Shown: one piece after another, positions 34,301 to 47,300 of the stretch | How the letters are laid out: the number at the start of each line of letters is the position of its first letter | How positions within the stretch are numbered: position 1 is the first letter of the stretch | DNA from: Macrostomum lignano | Taxonomy: Eukaryota | Direction: 5' to 3' | NCBI GenBank assembly: GCA_002269645.1 | Contig: NIVC01001409.1 | Coordinates: forward strand, 124,001-188,000 | Length of the DNA: 64,000 nucleotides | Notes under the pieces: generated by a model | What the model was told of the DNA's origin: nothing | Seen by the model: the letters and a program-made list of their open reading frames with translations, nothing else | Databases searched by the model: none | Program-made: the position numbers and the translations under genes

Positions 34301-37300
34301 GCTGGCCTGTCGGCAGGCTGTGAGCGCCAGCGTTCGATCAATCTTTGCCGCCCTGTTCAAGCTGTGCACGGCCGGGTCCAGGTCGCTCTACACCGGTTCC
34401 CAGATGTCGCTGGACAACTGCAAGACTATCGTGCACACCTTTCAGGATCTGTTTGCCATGGAGGGCGCCGAGGGCAAGGACCCGAAGGTGAGGCTTTCTG
34501 TGAGAAAACTGGGACATCAAAATGTAGCTATAGCCATTGGGTCATTCGAGCTAGTCGTGACGTCATTCATTGTAGCCATTAGGTCATTCGAGCTAGTCGT
34601 GACGTCATTCACTGTAGTCATCGGGTCATTCGAGCTAGTCGTGACGTCATTCACTGTAGCCATTGGGTCATTCGAGCTAGTCGTGACGTCATTCACTGTA
34701 GTCATCGGGTCATTCGAGCTAGTCGTGACGTCATTCACTGTAGTCATCGGGTCATTCGAGCTAGTCGTGACGTCATTCACTGTAGCCATCAGGTCATTCG
34801 AGCTAGTCGTGACGTCATTCACTGTAGCCATCAGGTCATTCGAGCTAGTCGTGACGTCATTCACTGTAGTCATCGGGTCATTCGAGCTAGTCGTGACGTC
34901 ATTCACTGTAGTCATCGGGTCATTCGAGCTAGTCGTGACGTCATTAATTGTAGTCATTGGGTCATTCGAGCTAGTCGTGACGTCATTCACTGTAGCCATC
35001 AGGTCATTCGAGCTAGTCGTGACGTCATTCACTGTAGCCATCAGGTCATTCGAGCTTGTCGTGACGTCATTCACTGTAGCCATCAGGTCATTCGAGCTAG
35101 TCGTGGCGTCATTCACTGTAGCCATCAGGTCATTCGAGCTAGTCGTGACGTCATTCACTGTAGACATCAGGTCATTCGAGCTAGTCGTGGCGTCATTCAC
35201 TGTAGCCATCAGGTCATTCGAGCTTGTCGTGACGTCATTCACTGTAGCCATCAGGTCATTCGAGCTAGTCGTGACGTCATTCACTGTAGCCATCAGGTCA
35301 TTCGAGCTAGTCGTGACGTCATTCACTGTAGTCATCAGGTCATAGAAGCTAGTCATGACGTTATTAATTTAAGTCGTAGTCATTCCCTGCTGTCATAGGG
35401 TCATTGCCTGTTGTCATGCGGTCATTCCCTGTTCTCACAGTGTCACTCCCTGTAATTCGTTAATACTTGCATTGTCATTCACTGAAGTCATGCAGTCGCA
35501 TTGAATCTCTCTGCCTTCCACCCTCCCGTAGGTGACCTGCCGGACTGCCAACGCCTTCCTGCAGCTGTTCTGCGGCCTCCAGCCGGACCGCCTGCCGCCT
35601 GACATCGCCAACTTCCTGGTATTCGAAGGCATCTCTACCGTGGGCGCCTTCATGTCGCTGCTGCCCCGGGCGATCAACCAGGGCTTCGCCGACGAGGCTC
35701 TCGTGGAGTCCTGGCTGGCCTGGACGCAGCGCTTCGCCGCCAACTACAAAACTGACGACGGCAGCCGGCTGGAGGATCGCCTGCTGCCCGCCTTGATGCC
35801 GCTGTGGAACCGCCTGCCAGCCAAGGAGCTGCTGTCCGAGACCGGGGCCTGCAACCTGCTGTCCATTATGCGCCAGCTGCTGGCCTGGTGGTCCGCCGAG
35901 CCGGACATGGTTGAGCCGCCTATGCTGCTAGCGGATGGTAAGCAGCAGTCTGGCGGCGCCAGCGGCTCCGGTGCCGGCACCTCGGCTGGGGCCGGCGCCA
36001 CCGGCAACAGCGACAACCAGAGCGTCCGCCGGCTCATGGAGATGGGCTTCTCCCGCCGGCTCTGTGTTGAAGTGCTTCGGGTGGCCACGAACTTTGAGGA
36101 GGCCGTTGACACCCTGGTCCGTCGCCAGGGTGAGGAGCAGCTGCTCGGCGCCGATCTGCTTTCGCCGGACGACGACGCCAGCGAGGCCGCCGACGACGAC
36201 GGCGAGGCTGGCGATGGAGGCGCCGCCGGTGGCGCCGGGTTGAGTGCCGCGCAGCAGCGCCGGGCGGATTTGAAAGCTGAGTTTCTGCAGCGCCAGCTGG
36301 GGCCCGGCTGCCTGAAAGTGTTTCGCCATTTCAAATCCGCGCCAATCCCGCATCACGTGGCCGGAGCTCTGGCCGCCACAGGGGACTCCCAGCTCATCGA
36401 TCTGGCATTTGAGGTGACTGCTCTGTAATTGGTTCATACCCATCCCACACACTGATCTCATACCCATCCCACACTGATCCCATACTCATCCCACACACTG
36501 ATCCCATACATCCCACACTGACCCCATACCCATCCCACACACTGACCTCATACCCATCCCACACACTGACCCCATACCCATCCCACACACTGATCCCATA
36601 CCCACCCCACACACTGATCCCATACCCACCCCACACACTGATCCCATACCCATCCCATACACTGATACAATACCCACCCCACACACTGATCCCATACTCA
36701 TCCCACACACTGACCCCATACCCATCTAACACAAATCCCATACCTATCCCACATACTGATCCCATACCCATCCCACACACTGATCCCATACCCATCTCAC
36801 ACAAATCCCATACCTATCCCACACACTGATCCCATACCCATCCCACACACTGATCCCATACCAATCTCACACAAATCCCATACCCATCCCACACACTGAT
36901 CCCATACCCATCCCACACACTGATCCCATACCCATCTCACACAAATCCCATACCCATCCCACACACTGATCCCATACCCATCCACACACTGACCCCATAC
37001 CCATCTCACTGACCCCAAGTTCCACAACAGCAACTCCGAGCGCCAGTTTCCAAGCTAAATATGCTTTTATTAATCCCCACCCCAGGCCGCCTTCTCGGAC
37101 TTCCCGGCCAGCTGCCGGGACCAGCCCCGCCTGCTGCAGCTGGTGCTGCTGCTCTGCCACCGCTGCAAGCTCTCCTGCGCACAGCAGGCCGTCAAGCACC
37201 GCCTGCTGCCGCTCTGCTACCAGGCCCTGATGCGCCAGTCGTCCTCCGCCGAGTCTGCGGCCACCTTCGACAGTCTCTGCCTGCTGGTTGACGCGCACGA

Positions 37301-40300
37301 GCGCCTCGCCGCCGCTGGCCAACTTCGCAGGCGCGTCCTCGAGCGAACCGCCCGTCTGTCCTCCTGGGCCGCGCTGGACGAGCGCATCGGAGTCTGGGAG
37401 CCGCTGGCCGCCGAGCCCAACGCCTCGCTAGACCGAGCCTGGCGGGACGGCCGGTACATGTGCCGATTTCCTCAGCTGGTTGGCCGCCGGGTTGCCATGC
37501 TGACTCTGCCGGCTCAGTTCACTGAGAACTCTGGCAGGCCGCTGATGCTGAGCCTCACGGAGTCTTCGGCTGACAATTCTGCCGCCGCTGCCGCCGATGC
37601 TCAGCCGCTGCTTGAGCCGATGTCGCCCGCCGAACGGGATAGCCTTGCCAGGTTCGACTGGAAACTCTTTTTCCCTATTAAATCTCCCAATCTAAATCCA
37701 GAAATTCCTCCCCAGATACAGAAAATCCTTAATCTTAGTATCAGAATCCCCTTCCGCAAACCTGAGAAATCCTCAATCCGAAACAGAATTCCCTTCCGCA
37801 AACCTGAGAAATTCTCAATCCGAAACGGAATCCCCTTCCGCAAACCTGAGAAATTCTCAATCCGAAACGGAATTCCCTTCCCCAAACCTGAGAAATCCTC
37901 GATCCGAAACGGAATCCCCTTCCCCAAACCTGAGAAATCCTCAATCCGAAACGGAATTCCCTTCCGCAAACCTGAGAAATCCTCAATCCGAAACGGAATT
38001 CCCTTCCGCAAACCTGAGAAATCCTCAATCCGAAACGGAATTCCCTTCCGCAAACCTGAGAAATCCTCGATCCGAAACGGAATTCCCTTCCGCAAACCTG
38101 AGAAATCCTCGATCCGAAACAGAATCCCCTTCCCCAAACCTGAGAAATTCTCAATCCGAAACAGAATTCCCTTCCGCAAACCTGAGAAATCCTCGATCCG
38201 AAACGGAATTCCCTTCCGCAAACCTGAGAAATCCTCGATCCGAAACAGAATTCCCTTCCCCAAACCTGAGAAATCCTCGATCCGAAACGGAATTCCCTTC
38301 CGCAAACCTGAAAAACATTAATCCCAACAAAAATCCCCATGTCAATTTGCCCGTTTCCAGACAGCTGCTCTCCACCATTCGGCCTGGCGCCGGCGCCTCT
38401 CGCCTTGAAGCCGCTCTCCAGCTTCTCATCCGCCTCATCTGCTCCGATCCCGGCCTGGCAGCCGAGCTGTGCTGCTCAGCCGGCCTGGCCGATCGCCTGC
38501 TGGCTCTGGCCGGCCAGGGAGCCGGGGTGCAGCACCTGTGCTGCCTGGCGCTGCACGCCGTCTTCCAGGACGCCGATGCCGTCGCCTATGCCGCTTCGAA
38601 CCTCGTTCGGCGCCATCTGCACTACGGCGCGCCAAGCTCGCGCCTGCTAGGCGTGTCCGGCCGGTCGCAAGGCGCCAAAGATTTGCACTACCTGCTAGCC
38701 GTGCTGACCCCGGCTCTGTTCAGGGCCTACGAGCCCACCTGCGATGCCGTGCGCCAGCTGGCCTCGCTTGCCATCGACAGTGCCGCTCTGCGGGAGGGGG
38801 GCACCCAGCGACTGATGTACCAGGTGTGTGCAGACGCATTACCTAAGAAATATTCTTTTTACCACAATCAGAAAGTATCTTCGTAAAACCTCTTATACTC
38901 ACTCTATCTTCTGTGAGAATCTTCCTTAAGGTCCATCGTAAATTACCTATACCCTGAGAGCCACCCTAGTACCCTAAAAACCTCTCCTCTCCAGTACCTT
39001 AAGAGCCGCCCGAATACCCTGAGATCCGCCATAATACACTGAGATCCGCCCCAATACCCTGTGAACCACCAGAATACCCTCTGATCTTGATCTTGATCGT
39101 GAACCTTGACCCCAAATACCCTGAGAACCTTGACCTCAAATACCCTGAGAACCTTAAATACCCTGAGAACCTTGATCTCAACTACCCTGAGAACCTTGAT
39201 CTGAAATACCCTGAGAACTTTGATCTCAACTACCCTGAGAACCTTGATCTCAACTACCTGAGAACCTTGATCTCAAATACCCTGAGAACTTTGATCTCAA
39301 CTACCCTGAGAACCTTGATCTGAAATACCCTGAGAACCTTGATCTCAACTACCCTGAGAACCTTGATCTCAACTACCCTGAGAACCTTGATCTGAAATAC
39401 CCTGAGAACCTTGATCTCAACTACCCTGAGAACTTTGATCTCAACTACCCTGAGAACCTTGATCTGAAATACCCTGAGAACCTTGATCTCAACTACCCTG
39501 AGAACCTTGATCTCAACTACCCTGAGAACCTTGATCTCAAATACCCTGAGAACTTTGATCTCAACTACCCTGAGAACCTTGATCTCAAATACCCTGAGAA
39601 CTTTGATCTCAACTACCCTGAGAACCTTAATCTCAAATACCCTGAGAACCTTGATCTCAAATACCCTGAGAACCTTGATCTCAAATACCCCGAGAACCTC
39701 CCTAATAAAGTCCCACAATCGCCCAGCCAAGAACTCGCCGCCGCAGTGTTCCAACCTTCCCGCCAACCGCAGACGCAGGAGCGAAGTTCCGCGCCCAAGG
39801 AGCAAAGCCCTCCGCCCCTGCGCGACTGGCAGACCAGCCTGCTGTCAATGCTACTCGATGCCGTGCTTCTCGACCAGCCCGCGGCGAGCCTGGCCGCCGC
39901 CTTCCAGCAGTCGCCCCCTAGCAACCGCTCCGACACTAGCAGCGACGAATCCGCACCGGACGCTGCCGCTGGTGGCGACGCGGCCTCCGATGCAAAACAG
40001 CAGACCACCTGTCGGAAGTTTGCTCTCGCCCTGCTAATTGATTTGGCCAGGTAAACTTTGCACCCTTTGTGAGCGTGTGCAGGAGTCTGTGCCTGTGTAC
40101 TGTGTACTGCATCACTGCCGAATCCCCGCTCCCCAACTGGCAGGTGCTACTCGGTTGTCGCCAGCCACCTGCTCCGCCAGCCATGTCTGTCTCGCATTAT
40201 TGACCGATTCGCCGTGCAGAACCGCTGCGACTCTGTTGAGCACGGGCTCAGCTTCTGCCTGCTAACTGAGGCCATCAACGCCTGCCCGAACGATGCCGAC

Positions 40301-43300
40301 ATTATCAACGGCCTGGTGACCGAAATTCGATCCGCTCTTCATCGAGCCGTCCATCTGGCCGACCCGGACGCCAGGTGCACGGCCCTGTTCAGCCTGGTGA
40401 ATCTGGTCCAGCTGATGGCCACGCCGATCGCCCGGACAGCCCAGCGCCGCGGCCTCCTGGCCGATCTGGTCCGCCTGCCTCTGGCCATCGACAGCGGCGT
40501 CAAGGCCGGCCGGGAGCTGCTCTGCCACCTGCTGACCGCCCTGCACCTGCTGTGCGACCTGTGCCAGGAGGATCCGCGCCGCAAGGACACCGGCTATCAC
40601 GCCTTCGACGGCTATCACGAGCTGCTGCTTGGCGACCCGGCACTGGCCAATCACCTGCTGCTGCGCTACTCAGACGGCCACTCCGATGTCTCCAGCAGCC
40701 TGTTCGGCCTGCTCGGCGAGCGCCGGCCCTACGGCCAGGCCCGGGCGGGCAACTTCATTGCCGAGCACCACCTGGGCGGCGCCGCCGCCTTGTCCCACTC
40801 CGACAACCGGCACATGGTTGCCCTTGGCAACGACGACGACGAAGAGGAAGTGGAAGAAGACGATGAGGAAGAGGAGGAAGCTGTGAACGCCCAGCCGCAG
40901 GAGGCTGAGCAGCAGCAGCAGGACGATCGTCCGGACACTCCTGCCGTGAACCCTCTTTCAGCTGCCGAGCCGCAGCCTGCAGCTGAAGCTCCAGCTTCGT
41001 CGTCTCAGTTTTCGGCGCGCCCGCCGACTCTGGAGCCGCCGCCGGTAGCCGCGGCTACCAACGCCGCCGCCCACGAGGCCACCGCCAATTTCGACAACGC
41101 TCTGCAATCGATCGCTGATCGTTTGAACGTCCTGGAGGCCGCCGCTACCGCCAGCGACGATGCGCTTGCCGCGGGAACAACGACGGAGGTGAAGACCAAG
41201 GCGAGCCGGCCAATGCCGTCATCGGCGCTGCTGCAGCTGGCGGCGACGCGCAAGCCGAGGACGATGACAATCTGATGATCGAAGACGATGAAGATGACGA
41301 GGATGAGGAGGAAGACGAAGAGGAGGAGCACGATGAAGACGAGGAGGAAGACGAGGAAGAGGAAGAGGAGATGATGGACGCTGACGGCGGGGCGGAGCTG
41401 TCTGTGCCGGAGAGCGAGGACGACACGGACGAGGACGAGCGGCTGGGTGACCTGGTGCGGGTGCAGCTCGGCGAGCTGGGCGAAGACGACGACTTGAGCA
41501 ACGATTTAGAAGCCGTGTTCCAGCTGGCCGGCGGGGGCGGCGGCGCCGGCGGCCACCTGGACATCCGTGAGCGGCTGGCCGGGCCGCGCCTGAACTACCT
41601 GCAGATGCGCAACTACCGCAACCCCATGCTCATGCCGTATGGCGCCTTCCGCACTCGGCACGCCGGGCATCGGGCCGGCCGCGTTGGCGCCGGTGGAAAC
41701 GCCGCCGCCGCTGCCGCTGTCAGTTCGGACGCCGCGTCGCCGTACAATTTGTTCGGCTCCGCATTCGCTGACGGCTCAGATCAGCTGAGCCAGACCGCCA
41801 GGTGGCGAGGCACCCTGCAGCATCCGCTGCTGATGAGCAGTTCCGATGGCGCTGCAGGCGGCGCAGGCGGCGGCGGTCAGAACTCGCCGGATCACGAGGG
41901 CGCCATCTTACACTACGTGAACCCGGACCGGCCGCCGCTGGTTCGCAGCAACGCTATTCGGCACGGCTCGCACGAGGCCCTGGCCAGCATGGAGCGGCTC
42001 ACAGCCGAGTCTGGCGGAGACTACCCTGTGCACCAGCTGATGCGGGAGATGTCCAACCAGCAGCAGCGGCCGGACCTCATGTACCGCTGGGCTGAGCTGG
42101 TCCGCCTGCTGTCTGGCAGGGAGCTCGGCGACCTGCTCTGTCTAGCCAGGATCGAGGTAGCCACGGCGCTGGAGGCCGAGCGGCGAACCGAGTTGGAGTC
42201 GCGCCGGGCCGAGCTGGCCAAGCAGCAGGCGGCCAAGCAGCAGCAGCAGCGGGCCAGGGAGATTGAAGCCGCCGCGGCCGCGGCAGCCGCCTCATCTGGC
42301 TCTGATGCTCAGCAGGAAGAGGAGCAGCAGCAGCTCGAAGCCACCGCGGCAGAAGAACCCGACGAAGAAGAAGAGTTGGCTGCAGCAGCAGAAGCCGCCG
42401 AGGTGCCCAACATTGCAGAGGAGGAGGCTCCTGAGGAGCAGGCGGCAGCGGCTACTGCGCAAGCTGGCTCAGTGGAAGAGGCCGCACCGCAGCAGCCTCA
42501 GTCCCAGCCGCCTCCGCTCGTGCCCATCGTTGCCGAGCCGCCGCCGCCACCGCCGCCGCCTCCACCTCCATCGCAGCCGGCTGTTGAAGAAGTTCCCGAA
42601 GAAGAAGCGCCTCCAGCCCCCGTTCCTATGGAAACAGATGCGGATTCGGGTGGCTCGCAACAGCAGCAGCGGCAGCAGCTCGAGGACGAAGCTGCGGACG
42701 AGGAGCTGGTAGATGCTATCGCCGCGGCCGCCGTTGCCGCAGCAACTACTGACGCCGCGGCCGCCGTTGCCGCTGCTGACGAAGGCGGCGCGTCTGGTGG
42801 TGGCAGCCAAGCAGAGGCTTCCGCCGCTGCGGCCGGCGCCACCGCCGGTCCGTCCAGTTCATCGGAGTCCGCCAACTACCTGTTTAACGACGTTGATCCT
42901 GCCTTCCTGGAGGCCCTGCCCGAAGAGCTCCGGCAGGAGATCATCGCCGAGCAGCTGCGGCTTCGTCGACTTCAACAGCAGACGGGAGCGGCAGATCTCA
43001 ATCCGGAGTTTCTGGCAGCTCTGCCGCCCAGCATTGCCGAAGAGGTGCTGCAGCAGGTGAGAGAGAATTTTGAGTTTCATCTTCTTGAGTGGCTACTATC
43101 CAGTCTCAGTAGTGTGTGGGTCTACTTCGGGTGTGTCAAAAGTTATGTCACTGATGTGAAAACAGACAAACTTGCAATCGCAGATGAACAAAACTGTACC
43201 ACTCAACAATATAGAGTCCCCCAATATCAATCACTCTCTGGCAGTGCTCATACAGCTTGTCCACCTCAGCCTGCAGTTGTTTTTAATCCAACTGCCATAA

Positions 43301-44315
43301 CCAGTGCAACGCGGCCTGTTTGACCTCTTCATGATTTGCGAAACTCTTCTTGGAAAAGTCAGCCTTCAGCCATTTGAACAGAAATCTGTCGCACAAGTTG
43401 AGGTCCGGGCTGTAGGGACTCTGTCAGAGCAGATTCACTCGCCGTGCAGGTAGAAAATCCGAAACAGGCTTACAGGTGTGCGACCGTGCGGTGTCCACCT
43501 GCCACAGAACCTCGTCCAGGAGACATGGTTTGACCGAAGAGTGCGCCAAAGGACCCCAGTGTGCCGGGCAAAAGCGGATAAAAACTACTGACAATCGAAC
43601 TTGACGTTTGACCCTCGATGAGACATCTTTGTTTGGCGTAAAGGCCACCAGCAGCATGGTCTTCTTGTCCGAGACGGACCTCGTGGTCACGGTCGGCAGC
43701 AGACCCCAGCTCCCAGCCAGCAGCGGTTGTCTGCCTTGCTGCCCTTGCCATCCAGGTGGAGCCAGCTTTCATCCTCAGCAACCAGGCAGTTTAGGATGTC
43801 ATTCAAGCCCCGGCTGCTGAACACCTTGCGGATCTGCTAGGTGCAGGCGTCTTGTCGAGATTCATGGTTATTTTTGTTCGCTGCATAGACGAGTTTTCAT
43901 CGCGTTGCACTTGCTAAATCTGCTTGGCGTATTCTTGCGATAGCTTGGGCCATAAACAACATATGCACGTCTCAAATGCACTGCTATTGCTTCACTAAGT
44001 ATACTTTGTAGCTACACTACCCACAAGTCCATGTGCCTACATATTTTAGACAGAGGCCTGCAGTGACATCACTTATGACACACCCGAAGTATTCTGACAT
44101 TGCCGTATTTTCATGCCTGCCAGGTGAACCGCGAGCAGGCCGGGCCAACCAGCAGCTCGGCCGCCCAGCCAGACGAGGCCATCGACCCCAATGCCTTCCT
44201 GGCCACGCTGACCCCGGCGCTGCGCCGCGAGGTGCTGTCAGAGATGGACGACGCCACCATCGCCGCCCTGCCTGCCGATCTGGCCGCCGAGGCCAGAGCT
44301 CTGCGACGCCAGCAG

Positions 44316-44355
<40 letters not shown>

Positions 44356-47300
44356 TGCATCATCATCACCAGCTTGATCACGAAGACTGGCCCCGATTCC
44401 CACCGCGCTATCGAGAGCGGGCCAACGCCACGGCCGCCAGCTACTACCGGGTGCTGTACAACCTGCCCGCCAGGCCCGCACAGCCTCTTGGCGTCGGCGG
44501 CAGCGCCACAATCCGGCGTGCAATCGGCGGCGGCTCCTCCAGCAGCGGGGCTGGCGGCGGCTCAGGCGGCGGCTCGAGCGGCAAGCCGAAGCCGCTAGTC
44601 GACTGCGAGTCTCTGACTGTCTGCGTGGCCCTGCTGTGCTGCGACAGCGACGTTGTCCGCCAGGGCTGCCGGATGCTGCTGCACCGCCTGGCCGCGCACC
44701 CGCCCACCCGCCTCTGGCTGGCCAAGGCCCTGCTCGCCATCATCGCCTCAGCCGAGACCGTCCAGCAGCAGCAGCTTCTCGACGCCCCAGCCGCTGCCAC
44801 AGTTGGCGGCCTGAACTGCCTGCTGGACCTGCGGTTTCGCGGCCAGTTCGGCCAGCCGCAGCGGATCTTCGCACTGCCCCGGCCGCCTCCTGGCGTCAAG
44901 CTGCGCTCCCCGCCCACGCTCTGCCTGCACCCGGACGCCTGTCCAGTGGTCTTGCGCGCCTGCCTGCAGTCCCTCACCGAGCTGGCCGAGACCGAAGAAG
45001 CCGCCTTCCTCAGCCCCTACGGCCCGTCTGAGTCGGCTGCGCCAGCCGACACCGGCGAGTTCTGGAGGCTGCTCCGCCATCTGGACGGCGGCAGCATCGG
45101 TGTAGCCTCGCCCGGTGCCGCTCCCGGCGGCGCCTCCGCCTCGGCTTCGTCGGCGTCAGCTGCGGCTTCGGCGTCAAACGCAACGGCAAGCTCGGCGCCG
45201 TCAGCCGACCAGGAGGACCTGTTCCCCTCGGTGTTCCAGCTGCTCAGCCATCCGCTCATCTGTCGCCGGCCCGAGCTGCTGGACCAGCTGCTTGAACTGC
45301 TCGTCATCTGCGATAGCATGGCTCGCGACCACATGACCCGGTTGGCCAGGCCGCCCCGACCCCAGCAGCAGCCGCCGCCGCCTCCACCGCCGCCGCCGCC
45401 GCAGGAGCAATCACAACAACAGCAGCAGCAAGAAGAAGAAACCCAGCAGCAGCAGCAGCAGCAGCAGAGCCAGGCGTCGTCTCAGCAAGCCGCTGCTCAA
45501 CAGTCTCAGCAGAAGCAATCGCAACAACAACTACCAGATCTTGGCCGCGTGCCAAATCTAGAAGCTCATCTTCGTCAGCTAGTTGACGTCCTGGTTGGCA
45601 AGCTGCCAGTCACCGACCAGGGCCTGGAGAATGCCGGCAAGCTGGTGCCGCATCTGTGCCGCTACGGCCGCCGGGTTGAGGACTGCCTGCTGTCCAGTCT
45701 GACTGACGGCCTGCGGCACCTGGCCGGACAGCTGGAACGGCGGCTGTCCCGGCTGGCTGACGAGCTCCAGGATCACCTGGCCAAGGCCCAGCAGCAGCAG
45801 CAGCAGCAATTGTCTGCTTCCGCTTCTGGCAGCTCCGCCTCTCTGCAGCAGCTCGAAACTGCCACGGCCTCCTCAAGCAGCAGCGGTGTTGGCCGCGTCC
45901 TCCAGGACCGCTTCAGTGGCGCCAACGTGGTCCTTCGCGCCGATGCTCTGTCGGGCTACGCGCCGCCGCGCGACCTCGCCCTGCCCAGCCTGGCCGCGCT
46001 GGCAAACGATCGGCACCTACAGAGGCGGCTGCTCAAACTGCTCAACATGCTCGGCCAGCTGGACAGCCAGGGCGGCCGGGCAGCCGAGGTCAGCCAAGTC
46101 CTTGAGCCGCTATGGGCCCGGCTTAGCGAGTGCCTGAGCCTGCTCAACCAGTGCGAGGACCCCAACTCGGTGCTTGTGCTGCAGACCACCGTCGAGTCCT
46201 TCTTCGTCGCCTCCGGCGGCTCCCGGGATCAGGCGGCCACCCTGCGGCGACTGGCATCAGCCGGCGCCGAGACCAACAACTCCGAGCAGCTGTCCCACCT
46301 AGACCTGGAGATCAGCGCACCCGACACCGCCGCCCCGGCCGCTCCGTCTGCTTCCGCTACCAGCACCACGCCGAAGGAGCCGGCTGCCGACAGTCAGAAG
46401 GCCTTCCTATTGAGCTTTGCCACCCGGCACCGCGGCCTGCTGAACCAGATCCTCCGCCAGCAGACTACGCCGCTGACGCGCGGCCCATTCGCCTGGCTGG
46501 CTGAGCACCCGCGCCTGCTGGATTTCGATGTGAAAGTGCAGTACTTCCGCAGCCAGCTGGACAGCGGCAGGCCGCGCAACACCGAGACCGTGGCCGTCAA
46601 CAGACAGCGCGTGTTCGAGGACTCGTTCGCTAAACTGCATAGGAAGTCTCGGAACGAATGGAAACAGCATTTCCAGATTCATTTCCAGGTGGGCTTTGTA
46701 CTAGTAGCTATCTAAGTTCCCCTATGCTGCCTGGGGATTGGGGAAGAATCGCCCCTTAAACTACATAGGGATTGGGGAAGAATCTCCCCTTGAACTACAT
46801 GGGGTTTTGGGAAGAATCGCCCCTTAAGCTACATGGGGATTGGGGAAGAATCTCCCCTTAAACTACATGGGGATTGGGGAAGAATCGCCCCTTAAACTAC
46901 ATAGGGATTGGGGAAGAATCTCCCCTTGAACTACATGGGGTTTTGGGAAGAATCGCCCCTTAAGCTACATGGGGATTGGGGAAGAATCTCCCCTTAAACT
47001 ACATGGGGATTGGGGAAGAATCTCCCCTTAAGCTACATGGAGATTGTGGAAGAATCGCCCCTTAAGCTACATGGAGATTGGGCAAGAATCTCCCCTTAAA
47101 CTACATGGGGATTGGGGAAGAATCGCCCCTTAAACTACATGGGGATTGGGGAAGAATCTCCCCTTAAACTACATAGAGTTTAGGGAAGAATCTCCCCTTA
47201 AGCTACATGGAGTTTAGGGAAGAATCTCCCCTTAAGCTACATGGAGTTTAGGGAAGAATCCAGAATTATTACAATAAGCTTTCTGTGAATTCCGCAGGGC

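Noticed and set aside
41189-41236. 48-bp mini-intron to explain the HUWE1 frame switch
   Set aside because: The donor is phase 0 but the acceptor resumes in phase 1 of the downstream frame.
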